DNA of 64,000 nucleotides, taken from contig NMRA01000114.1 in assembly GCA_002633005.1 (NCBI GenBank), positions 637,812 through 701,811 on the forward strand. Reading direction: 5' to 3'. The notes beneath the pieces were generated by a model. The model was not told the origin of the DNA. It made no database searches and saw nothing but the letters and a program-made list of their open reading frames with translations. Position numbers and translations under genes: made by a program. Of this stretch, positions 1 through 13,400 are shown in pieces (the first letter of the stretch is position 1; every line of letters starts with the position of its first letter). The stretch is from Phoronis australis (lineage: Eukaryota; Animalia; Phoronida).

Positions 1-303
1 TAACAATTATTCAAAAATACAGAAAAGCATAGCTCTTGTTCAAAATTCCACGAGAAAAGAAGCAAATCACTTCAGATTGTTTTGATGTCCTGTGGGTGAC
101 ATCTTCCACAGTGATGTTGAGTTTTCCCACTAGTTGGCATTGAAAACAATGGACAGCAATACTTGACAGGAAGTGCTGGGTTACAAGGGAAAAAATATTG
201 AGTCCAGCTGGATCAAAAAAGTCATGAATAGAAATGAGGGTGGTCTCTGTCTCACACCAGTAAAAAACACCTAGCTTTCCCTCCATGCCACCAGGCAAAA
301 AAN

Positions 304-415
304 GAGATAGAGCAGCGGACGCCGGACGGACGCCGCCCGGACGGACGGACGGACGGACGGACGGACAGAGATGACGGCATAATGCGTCCACATATAAATA
401 TGTGGGCGCATAAAA
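304..415. mobile_element. End of a Helentron/DINE-1-like non-autonomous element
   Basis: (GACG)n microsatellite followed by the hairpin ATGCGTCCACATAT-ATATGTGGGCGCAT and an A-run; nearly identical to 28975-29080. Confidence 0.7.
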
Positions 416-1405
416 ATTTAATATTTCAATTTTATGTTAAACGAGTTAAGAAACAACTTGGATACTGCAAAGACAGGAAAATCACCCAGAATGCTTCAGG
501 GAACTTGTTAAAACAGTTATTTGCAATTTAAAATTATCAATGTCAAATTAAATTTTTTTCAAAATTTCAATCACACAGCAGTATGTACTTCAAAACCACA
601 ACAAAGCTTTTGCAAAAATGTGACAAAATACTTTGCTACCAATAACAGATAGAGTCAATGATATCTTTCTCAACATTGTTGACCTGAGCTGGGCCTGACG
701 CACGCGAACATTGTGTGACATGGCCCGGAACCAAAGCAAGTCTGTTAAACTGTCAGAGATGAGAAACAGAGTTTAACTCATACAAAAATGTCTTGGATTG
801 ATTGTCGTAAGGAATTGATTAAACATATTTTGAGACTAGATTGACTCACTGGCATTTGTTCCATAAAGCTCTCACGAAACATCAGTAGGTAATAAGTTTA
901 CTGTTTGTTACGATTCAGTCAAAGATTTTAACAATTATTCAAAAATACAGAAAAGCATAGTTCCTGTTCAAAATTCCATGAGAAAAGAAGCAAATTACTT
1001 CAGATTATTTTGATGTCCTGTGGGTGACATCTTCCACAGTTATGTTGAGTTTTCCCACTAGTTGGCATTGAAAACAATGGACAGCAATACTTGACAGGAA
1101 GTGCTGGGTTACAAGGGAAAAAATATTGAGTCCAGCTGGATCAAAAAAGTCATGAATAGAAATGAGGGTGGTCTCTGTCTCACACCAGTAAAAAACAACT
1201 AGCTTTCCCTCCATGCCACCAGGCAAAAAAACTCAACACCACTGATGAAGATATCAGCCACAGGATACTAAAAAATAATCTGAAGTAATTTTGCCTATTT
1301 TTTGCAAAAGTTGATAAGATCTGTGCATCACCATAAAAGCTACGTTCCCCAAAAATGCAAGTCAAGCAACTATTCTTAGTCAAAAATAACCAGAATTAAT
1401 TATAC

Positions 1406-4400
1406 CATTGACTGTAGCCGTGACCCCTGGGTATGGATAGATATTGTTCTTGTTCAATGTCATCAGCCAACGGACGGCGGATTTACACAGGCCGACAATC
1501 TCAACAGCTGCACCATCTCTAAAACAGGAACCAAACAGGCAGAATGAGATAAAGGTGTTCTACTGAAATAGCCTTATTTGCGCATACATGGTCACCACCT
1601 CAATAGTATACTTTTTAGAACATTTCCTCAGTGTTTCGCTGCCAAAAGTCGAAAATGAATTACACCACTTTAAAGGCTCACAATATTCCTTACAGTAATA
1701 GGAGTTGATTTCCATTACTAACAAGAGCATCAAAACCATCAGCCACTGAAGAAGACGCTTTCACACTTTAATAGGATAGGTCAACCCAAAAATTACGAAT
1801 TCCAAAATGGAGCATGAATGAATAGTCTATAACTTGAGGTGTAGGCTCATTCGACAACACTTTAATATCCGATGAGCATAGCTGTGTTTTTAAACTCCAA
1901 GTTAAGAATTCAACATTGTAAGACAGTCAGTGAAGAAGTGCCCCTTTAATCATGATCTATCTTACAACGTCTGGTCTTAACCCAGAACTTAACTGTTTAA
2001 CAAAAACTAGGTTCATAACTTTAATCATAACATTTCAAAAAGTTTAGGAATCAAGGTATTAAAATACAGTCTAGCAGACTAGCTTGAATTTCGCAGATAG
2101 CTTGAGACCTAATTTTAATATTAGTTATAAGGGGTAACCTAAAAGCCATGAGTTCAAGAGTACGGCGACACGAAGAACACACGCATAGACTGAGTAGCAA
2201 TTTGTGCTATGGTATAAATTTTTACAATGTTTATGGCAAGAATTCTCTAGTTTGGGAATCTCAAAAATTTGGGACACTGAAATTCAAGCCAAAATTGAAT
2301 TTTCTTGATTCTGAAGATTGGGACATGGGCATTTTGGCATTCATCATATCTGATTCTCAAATATTGGACGCTGTATTTTCTATCAACAAAGTCTGAAATA
2401 AAGTTGTCAAAAATAGCCACCAATCAAAAATTTTTTCTTCCTCGTAATTTTTGAATTTGGGATGGCCAATGTTGCCTATTTCTAAAATTTGTAACAAGCT
2501 CAGACTTTGAGCAAAATATTTATTTTCCAGTGCCTCAAACTAGAGAATTTTTACCGTACCCTCGACAATTAGTTTGGGACAGTTCCTGAAATTTGGGAAA
2601 CCGAAATTCAAGTGAAATTTTAATTTTCTTGATTCTGAAGATTGGGACATGGGAGATTTTGGCATTCAGAGTATTCTCTAGTATGTTGTTTTTGTATCCA
2701 AAGGGTCTAAACAAAGACTTGGCTATTCATAACATTGTCAAAAGTAGGCGCTGATACATTTTCATGCATTGTCCAAGTGCGCAACATCAAAATGAGTGAT
2801 CCTTTGACATTAATCATTATTCTTGAATTTGGACAGCCAATATTGACTATCTACTTTTTCAAATTAGATGCAATCTCTGGTCTTCACCAAAACAATAAAT
2901 TTTTCCCTTTCCAAACTAGACAATTTTCACCACATTCATGCTGCAGTCTTTACTAAGTCTGCCCTCGACCCTTACCTGGGCGTGGCCGGCTTGCCCCAGT
3001 TCTCAGCCTGACGAGAACTGCCCATCTTGTCCATCCAGGTGCCACAGTTGTGCACAGTGCCACCATGAACCAGACCCGTATCCCACCACACACCTATCTG
3101 ATTTGTGAAACCTGTGCAGAAAAGTAGATAAAAGTGTAGCAGAATTTGGGTCCACCTTAAAACTCTCATTTGTTTCTATCACACCTCTCATTATTAATAC
3201 GATAAAGCATTTTTTAAGAAAACTAAGGTCCAACAATGCTATTCTGTTTATTTTCTAGATTAAAATAAAAATTAAGAGGATTAAATGGCAGCTTTTACTC
3301 CATGACCAACAGCCTGTACTTTACAGTTATCATGAACTTATTAACACATGGTGAAATTCAGTTTTTGCTTCAACATGCACCATCACAATTTCGGTTGATG
3401 CCAATTCATATCAGGCTGATGAAAAATAAACATCAGTATGATATTACTTGGGTCATCATTCATGGATAACCTCTTTTGATCATTTATTAATGTTAAGCAG
3501 TATGAAATCATGTAAAGTATTACGATTGATGATAAACTTTGAGCGATAAATCAATAAAAACCCTTAATATGAATTATTATCAACCACTTATCATATGCAA
3601 CCATTCACATGTACAGCAATGGCTAGTGTGAATTTCCTATAAAATATTACACGACAAATTAAGATCAACCAAAATAAAATGGCCCCTTCTAAGCTAAAAA
3701 TTTTCATGTGATGAACATGCCCTTTAAACAAGATTCCTCCAGCACAACTGGGTTTCATCAAACTTCTTTAAAACACAAAAAAGTCAGATTCTTTTGTGAG
3801 TCAGTGATTTGTATAATTAGCTGATAAGTGATGTTAGAAACTCCTTTCCAATGAACAGCTTAAGGCTTGTTTATTGTTAACACAATCCCTAATACTTGAA
3901 AATTCAAGAAACCCACAGTCTCAATTTTTGCTCATCTACTCAGATTTCATGGCATCCATCAATTTTCAGGCCAACGAAAGAAAATGGAAAAAATTGCCTG
4001 GATACTTTCAAGCCTTTGTTTCAATATGACCTGATGAGAAACTACAGTAATTACCCTGACTGTGTGACCTAGAGAATAGAGTCAGTCCATTGATGACTAA
4101 TCCCCCAGTGAGACTGGAATGTGGATAGAACCAGTTGGGCTAACCATGTAACATTGGAAAACAATCAAAAGATTTCTCCAAATCCTTATCTCCTTTAAAG
4201 GGGATGTTTACAGCACGCTTAGTTCACACTTTACAGTAAATAGTATTTCCAACCACATTCATCAGTCCTTTCCTTGTGGCGTAAACTAGCCTAACACCAT
4301 GTCACATGCATCAAAATCATACTGTCGCAAGATATTCACAAAAGCTTTATGCGGTCTGACTACAAAAAATGAACCATCTTGAGGTTATTCTTGCCAAAAC

Positions 4401-7400
4401 ATCCATCACCATTCAGTAATGACTTGCCTGACAGAGGCAGACGACCTACCTTCGTCTGACATGTTCACGTCCAACTGCGGCCCAGCGTTCCTTTCTCTGA
4501 ACTCCAGACCAGAGGCGTGCTTCTGTACGGCCTCCTGAATCACTTCAAACAGCGGCTGCTCCTACAAAAACATGAAAACAAAACCATTGCAGCATCATAC
4601 AACAACTAAGAGCAAAGTATTGGCAAGTCCACTCAGCTGCATTGCAAATGGGAAAACTAACAGAGTTTGTGCCACAGTACCACTAAGCAGTTACTAGTAC
4701 ATACTGCAGTTAAAAAGTCGATGAAAATTCTTCTCAACAAAAATTAACCATGTCTCATCTAGTTTCATTCTGATCCTTCGGTGAAGCCAGATGAACTTCC
4801 AAAGAAATTTGTCAACATTTTTCACCTACACAACCACACAAATGCAATTTATCAGAGCGAATAAATACAATAATAATTACACAGAGCCTGTAGATGATGC
4901 AAGGCATGTAAATCAATCAAAAATAAATCAGCAGAGGGCGTGACTGTTGCCATCATGATAGTTAAGAAAAACTTTATCAAAAATTTCATCATTGATAGGG
5001 ACACACAGATCTGTAAAATTTTATGAAAATCCTGCATGTGGTTAACAGCAGCGGATGTCGGACATTGGTCGAACAGAGATTACGGAAACATTCACTTCTC
5101 TCCCCCAGGCACACCTACACATGTGGGACCCAAATACATGCATACAGGCACATAACAATGGAGAATGGGTGGTGCTACTGTATTAGGTCATGTCCGGAAT
5201 TATCTTATATGCCACACACCACAGTGTCATCTTCAACCAAAATCTGTTGAGCTATTTTCAAAATAACTGACAAAGAATATCTCAATTCAATGGAAAAAAA
5301 TCATGACCTATGACCTCACATTTTCCTCATGCTGGCCTCGTAATGTGCCAACAATGATGTCACAGAGAAACTAAGCATGGAGGTTGGTAAATTACAGAAG
5401 AATAAACTAACACTAAGATTAAAACCTTTTTATGAAAAAAATATCAAGAAGAAGCTCCACCACTTATTGATTTCATGCCCCGACTGGATGAACATTTTGA
5501 AAAAATAAAATCCACATTTAAATTCTACAAAGCCCGGCAAAGGTCTTCACAGGACTTTCAGCTTGTATTGAGAAAACAGAATGATTGATTAAGTCTTAAA
5601 CATGTAGTCAGACCACATATTAACTGTGTGATTCAAACATCCTGGAAACTGGTTCTCCCAACGAATGGGTTAGGAAGAACGTGCTCGCAACTTGGTGAGT
5701 ATTGTGCCCCCTCATGTATGGTCTCAGGTGGCTGTTCTCAAGTGGGTATTCCCGGGTGGGTGCTCCTGGGTGGCCTGGTGTGGTCACGGGTGAGTAGTTG
5801 CAGGTGGGTAGTTGCAGGTGGGTAGTCGCAGGTGGGTGATCACAGAGGGCATTTAAATTTAAGACCATCATCTCGGGTAGGTAAAAGTGATCTTTATTTA
5901 AAAAGATATAATCAATGACAATGCACAAATTTGATCAGATTACAAAATTCAACACTTGTTCGGAGCTTTTTCCTAAAAAATACTTTGACTTTCTTTCATG
6001 AATGAGTTTTCTTTAGCTTATACACTCACAAAATACCTGCAAGACCAACGACCCTAACTTCCCTGGCTATGAATCACAGCACCTTCGTGTAATCCTCACT
6101 CACAATCTCACTCTGTCCATCAAGAAATTTTAGAGTTCAGACATAGGGTCTGCTAATAGATAACCTTCAAAAAATCTGCATAAGTTTACTAGCAATTATA
6201 ATCACTAGTCACATTTCATCCATGTCACTGTTATATCAAAAAATAGCTCTGCTGCTGTAACAAAAGGACCCATGACAGCAAGATTTGTTCAAAAGCAACC
6301 TCTTCACTCCCCACGTCGGTGCTCTTCAATAAGGCATGAAGATCCTTAAGAAAGTTTCAATAATTAATCAGAGATTCTACCGACAATACAACAAGCACTT
6401 ACAAAATCACAGAACACAAAACGCATTAAGAGAACTCTGTTTAGTTGTTTTTTCAGGCGAATAGTACGTTGGAGAAAGGAACTCCCAAATTCACTGTCCT
6501 TGGAGATCTAACACTTGAGAAAGAAACAATCGACACACCAACGATCTCAATAATAAACCCAACTCTCTTGAACGCCAACCACGGCAATGGGGATGACGGC
6601 AATGAAACAACACAAGATGACCCCTATTGGCGAGGGTTTAAGATCCGAGTCAAGAAAAGATGGAATGGCCTCGGCTTCCACTGTCGCCGCCAGCTCAGGT
6701 TGAAAAAGTTCAAGTTCTACTACCGAAGAAGCGTACAGAATTTCACGAAGTGCCGATGGTGTTGGCATCCGCAGGTTTACCTGACCTACCGCCTCATGCT
6801 GGCAGCATACCACATCTCGTGGGTGATGCTTTCCATGGCCATACTGTGGCGTCCGTTCTGGACCAAGTTCTGGGCGTGGCCACTACACCTGGTCTGCTGG
6901 CTGGACATAGTGCGCATGTTCTATTTCGTCACAGCACTCACCTCCTACCTCAAGTTCCACATGAGTAAACCTATTAACCCTGTGCTGTATGAATGCAAAG
7001 ACAGTGAAGCATCCACCGTGAAAACAAACCGAGACGAGGTCACTCCCTCAGGGACCCGATCCCACCCCCTCCCATTGACTGTCAGATTTCAATGGTTCCT
7101 TTTCAGTGTCATGACCAACTCCATCTTTCTCGCCATGCCCATGCTCTGGAATGCGCAAGTGGCCAAGAAAATTACTTCTATAAACATATACCCGTGGGGT
7201 ATCCTCATATCCACCACGCTCGTCATGGTAGAGATATTCACAGTCACGTACCCCGTCTACCTGCTCCATGTTTGGCACAACCAGCTGTTTGTTCTGTCCT
7301 ACTTCATTTTCTCAATCGGTTACTACAAGCTGACAGTAGATGGCACTGCCAGCAGGAACGCTATTTTGGCTATCATGCCATGGATGGGCGGGAACAACAT

Positions 7401-10400
7401 GGCACGCGATATGTGTCAAATGGTTGCCGTCTACATATTCTTTATTATTCCATTCTCGCAGCTTGTCGTATTTCTGATGTACTGTGCAAGAAAATGGCTG
7501 GAATCAAAGCTGCATACGTGAGATGGGGAGACAACTCTAAATTGAAATGTCCACCAATGTGAAACCAAACAACCGAATATAGAGAACAACTCTTTTATAA
7601 TCTAAAGCAAACAATATATCGTGACGTTCTTATTCGTCTTTCTTCAATGCCATGAAGTAATCTTATCAATTGCATAATTCTAGCTTTTCCCTGGCATTCA
7701 AACATTGATTTTGCTTCAGTCAAACATTACTAAAGCCCCTACAAATCACATTCTGGTGTTAAAAAGACTTTCTTGACAGACATCTTTCATGTTCTCGTCA
7801 TTTGTTTGAATTAATTGACATTAGCAACAATAAAGCACCGGGAATAGACTACATTGGAGACTGAAAATGACCAGCAGTGAGCCTGATCGGAAGCAATAAC
7901 AAACTATCCCTCAAACTTAGAAACCGATTCTACTCAGAGTAAGAAAAAGATGAGATTCATTTTATAACTGTAAGTGACCTGAATTTTAAGGCCTTTTTGG
8001 CATTATTTAATAGATTCCGTTGATGTATTTTTCACCTCCGAGTCAAGGGGAGAAGTGAAAGGTCGAAGGACAACAAATTGTAGATTTTACATTCTTTTCC
8101 AAAACCTGGCTATGAATTCTACATACACAAGTCACTCATAGGGGACTTGTCTATGTGGGGCTCCAACAGCTGGCTATAGCCCCCACACACAAGTCACTCA
8201 TAGGTGACTTGTCTATGTGGGGTTCCAACAGCTGGCTATAACCTCATATAGACAAGTCACTCATAGGTGACTTGTCTATATGGGGTTCCAACAGCTGGCT
8301 ATAAACCCAACACACAAGTCACTCATAGGTGAGTTGTCTATGTTGGGTTCCAACAGCTGGCTATAAACCCCACACACAAGTCACTCATAGGTGACTTGTC
8401 TATGTTGGCTTCCAACAGCTGGCTATAAATCCCACGTACAAAAGTCACTTATAGGTGACTCACCATGTCACACAAACCACATCTCTTGACACATGTCTCC
8501 ATGGAAAGTGTCATTAGAGGGAAACAAAGATATGCCTTGCAGCCACACATACCAATCATTAGGTCTCAAGTCTAAAATAACTTCTAACAGTTACTTCTCA
8601 GAATATCACAACATCCTGTATGATTCTGCAGTGTTTACCCACAATGCTGCTGCGCATCCATAAGCACTTGGCCAGTCAAAAAGCTTTTAACTATTCTCCA
8701 TCAAGATTAATCATTGTGATGCTAATTTAATGCTGTATTTTGCCACTGAAAGCTGTCAATGTTGAATGTTAACCGAAGAACTTTGGGTTTAAAAAACCGC
8801 GCTCATCCGATCTTGAATTAAATTGTTGCCGAACGAGCTTGTACTGTGTTTGTGCACCATTTTTTGACATAGAACAATTTCAGTGTTGGCCAATCCCAAT
8901 GAACTCTGAAGCATTCTCTTGAGTTGCTATGGTATTGAAGATGCTCTTACCAACAGTAAAACGCCTAATTCAGTTTACAGCTAAACAGAGCAATTTGAGT
9001 GTTGCATAGCAACAACGCAGTCTGAAAAACTGAGTGAGGCACGTCAAATCTTTGTTCCCTCTTTAAGACTGGACACATCTACGTGCCAACAGCCTGACTA
9101 GAAAACTAGGTAAATCACACAATGAATTTTTCCACCTCAACAAAAGAGAAGAGTTGAATTTGGAAAGTGGGAATTGCTAACAGTGCCCAATAAATGAGCT
9201 CCTCTCCATCCTAAGTTGCCATAATTTATTACATAAAATAATTAGAAACCACTAGCACTTTGCAAAACCCATCAAAAATACTTCAAACATTTAACAACGG
9301 CATTGTAAGTAGCGTTCTTAAAGGAGAATGCCACCCAATTTAATTAGTCTATTTTATCGTCTTAATCGGTCTATATCCACATCACTTCTTATATGGTCGA
9401 CCTCACCTTGCCGAGAGGTGTCGCGTTAACCTGTGAGGAAGGTGAGTAATGACGCAGTGACGCGTCAGTAGTTCATCTGCAGAGTGAATGCCGCTAGTAT
9501 TGCGGTGCATCGTTCCTGCTTCTCCAAACTATGAAGCTGCGAAGAAAGCGGGTTTATCTTTTTTTTTTCGACTTCCCCAAGAGCTCGAAGTGCTTAGGAA
9601 GTGGCTCGGGGTAATGAAGAATGAAAAGTACGCTGTTGATAGCAAGTACAAGGCCGTACGTGAAAATCTCCGTGTCTGTGGCCGGCATTTTGTCAACAGT
9701 GATTTCTCTGACGAAGTCCGGCTTACCAAAGAACTATCCATACATTCTGTTGCCTATGCATGTTCACGGCGCCTCTCTAGTATTTCTCGATCAGTGTATT
9801 CCGATTCGAACTGATAGCCTGTGAAACCTAACGATCCGACTCACGAAGTCTTCGTCCGATGAGCTCTCAATTAAGTCGGGATTGGCGCCGGGCGAGTTGT
9901 CATGTAGACGTTTATTATTCTGCGTTCAGTTTCAAAATGAATTATTCTCACCCTAACCAATGCTTATATAAAACTGAAACAAAGTCTGTCTCATAAGATA
10001 CAATTTGTAATGCCTTTGGAGTATTGATGAGTGCAAAGGTTTTGAGAAGCCAGCAATGAATAAACCACTGCGTTACCGGCTTTAGATGCAATAAAGAAAC
10101 AATCACTCGATTTTATGTGCTATGATCACATATTAGGGGAATCTTTATTTAGAAATACAAATACATTATTCAAATCATTGTTAATGTACAACCTGTGCCC
10201 TGACGGTCTGTGGAAGGGGAGCCCGACTTCGCGGCGGTCCCCGACAAGTAAGACAATTTTCAGTTTCGTGGCTAATTCACCTAAATAATTACGTGCACAT
10301 TATTTCTTTGGCTCACTATTATAGTCTTCTCGTGACTGGAGGATTAGTTTTCAACTTAAGCTGGTTTATGTTCATGATTTCCAGTCCCGGCGGCCGCGAC

Positions 10401-13400
10401 GCCGGACCTGATCGGGTTCCGAGCCACATTCTCCTTTAAATGCATAAATATAGATATAAACTCATTTTCCACGACAAAAACAATTTTTTATCAAGACCTC
10501 CTACCATTATGAAACTGGTCTCATATTGGTAGGCAAACTGGAGGTGATTTCAGACCTTCAAAAAAAACTGGCAGTTCATTACTGCTTGAGACAAGGCATT
10601 ACATGTTGGCTTGTCATCGTGTCTCATTTTACAGGTTGAGCAAGGTAACAAAAAGTAACGAAAGGTAAGTTCCTTGCAAACACAGAAACTGCTTCTTATT
10701 TGAGTAAGGGACATGGTAAGATCACTTTTATAACAGCAACTTGTCAAAATCAAAAGTTTGCTGCCTGGACAGAATGAGGCTTTATCACCGCTTTAAGTGT
10801 GAAGCGAATGACTTCCAAGCACGGGAAGTTCACCAGTTACTTATGACCTCATAGAAAGACTTTTGTAAAATCCTTCATATTAATCAGACAGTTAACCTAC
10901 CACTGGTTCAACCTCTTCAGCCTCAGGCTCACTTGCCAGCTCTTCATCATTTGGATAGAGTCTCAGGACTTTGTCTTGTAGTATCTCCTCACCATCAGGT
11001 TTCAAACTGCAGTAGTCCTGAATGGACTGCATCCACCACCAGATGGCATCTCTGCAGTTGTAGCGCGCTACGACTCCTTCCCCCAAGAGATTGGGTATGA
11101 GACCATGGCGTAGGCAGCCGGCAAAACCAAGAATGATGTACCTAACAACACACAGCACCTTGGCAACTACACATTACGTGAAATGTTGTCAATGAGAATT
11201 TTGTGTAGCAAAAGATAAGAAAACCTCAAAAATATCAAAAGAGCCAAAATACAAGTCTTGCATTGAAACGTTAATCAATAGTGTGCATCTGTCACATCAT
11301 TCAGGTGAACTTCTTTCTCCTTTATCCTCAATCAGTCCATACCTAGCTTTCACATAAGTGTTGGTAGGTTTTTCTTTAGTGTCACTATTAAATTGTAATG
11401 CTTGAACATGAACGTCGAAACACCGGTGACAGGAGAAATACAGATGAGGACATTTCAATATTAATCAAAAGTTTGCAAATGCGACATCAACTTAAAAAAC
11501 TTTTCACAAGATTGGTGACGCAAGATTGACCATTACGACAAAACCCTTCAACTACGACTAATCAAAGGTAACAATCTATCATGTCAAAGGCTTTTGATGT
11601 ATCAAAGAAAATGGTAACTGGATATTGTCACAGCAACTGTATTAGTTGAAAATTGACCACCATGATAAAACATGGCCATTACAAGAACACAAAGTTGACA
11701 GTCTATGGTGTCAAAGGCTTTTCCTGAATCAAAGAAAATGGCGATTGGATTTGGTTAACTAGGTCTTCAGACACACAAATGAATAATGCGCAGCACATAC
11801 CTTGCCTCTTCAAATCGGCCAGTAAGCAACAGTAGCCCACGCAGTGCGATGAATGTGTCCCTGCCCCAGTTTCTCATCAGACCACTGGCAAAGTGTTCAA
11901 AACCTAAAATACGCCGCGTGGACATGGCTATAGATTGTTGTTATTAATAATTATGGAGTTTTACTGGAATTTCTGTCTCCCCATAAGACATAGAGCAGAA
12001 AAGCTCTGGTTTTTCAAACTTGGCTTAAAGTATTTATTAATTTCACTCAGAGCTTTTGCAGTATGTCATAGCATCATGTTTGGCTACTTGTAAAGAGAAC
12101 AACGAAACACAACGACGATTTGACAAGCCTAAACCGCTCACGTACCAGCCGCAAGTGTAGGGCACATTTGAATATCTTCATTTCTTTCTTCATCAAGGTC
12201 AGTTGGAGGTCGTGGTTCGCCTATATTTGGAGACAGCCAAGGCAGATGCGCAGTCCTGACAACACTACAGAACTGTACGCTACCCAGAGCCAGAAGTTTG
12301 ACAAACGAGGTGCCTTCGCTGACAAAGCTGAAACACAGAATCACAAGTCAATAGTGCTAAATAAAGTATTAAGATTTGAGTTAATTTGTGGAACAATCAC
12401 ACGCCGAGTTTCAACAAAAACATGTCAAATCTATTCAGCACACAAGTAAAGTTAACATAATGGAAGAAATGAGAACTTTCATTTTCAGCCAATTTTCAAC
12501 AAAAATGAAATAAAATAATCCTATTTCAACATTAGTAACAATAATTAATAGGAAGACAGTCTACTTCGGAAATTTCAACTCAATATGTATTTTGATTTTC
12601 AAGTTTGATGTTCAATTTCCAGGAATTCCTATCAAAATATTTTAATACTCAGATACTAGTTAAAACTTATGCATCATATTTAAAAAAATTGTACATCACA
12701 AATAAGATGTCAAGGTGAAAGATCGTTGATTGACGTCTTCAAAATGATCTCCTTGAGGGTTATATAACCACCATGTCTATTTCAAAAGAAACATTGACTT
12801 AAAAGTCAGGTCTTGACTCACTCCCACAAACGATCATCTCCATAATATGCGACCACACATGTATGTGGATGCATGGTGAGTAAAGAAAATAACATGTGTT
12901 GCAATTGCCGGCATGTTTCGACAGCTCCACTGTCATTCTCAAGGCTAAGAAAATATGGCTGCCCTAATAAAGGGTGTCGATAAATTGAGAAAACCTCCAT
13001 AGTATGCATAGGCTATCTACAAAATGTGGAATCACAGTCCTACATATACAGCGACACACTGTAATGAGTTACTAGGTTACTCATAACAGTTAAAACAAAA
13101 AGGCCTTATGCATGCTGGCCAGAAAAAGCTGAAATACAGGTGTAATAAACTTGTACCTTCCGTCAAAACTTAATTTTTATCTAGGCCAATCACCATCATA
13201 AAATTGACCCCATCTTATTCTTTACTGATATCAGAGATGATCTCTAGGTTTGAGAACTCGGTAAAAGTTCATTTATTGCTTTTAAAGACCACTGACCAAT
13301 AACTTCAGAATCAGTGGTTGCCAATTTGTTAAGGTAACCCAGCCTCGTAAGTTCCCAAGCATACTCACACCTCTCACTCATGTGATTTTTGAGTGGTCTT

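Noticed and set aside
1-1230. ORFs 11-391 and 1005-1226 and the duplication 1-301 vs ~930-1230
   Set aside because: Intronic sequence duplicated across a single-n join at 303; no recognisable protein; likely haplotype artefact.
6547-7562. Overlapping alternative-frame ORFs in the nested gene
   Set aside because: Shadow ORFs of a GC-richer coding exon; no independent motifs.
8105-8460. CRISPR-like appearance of palindromic repeats
   Set aside because: The intervening sequences are also repeated (no unique spacers), the context is a eukaryotic intron, and there are no cas genes.
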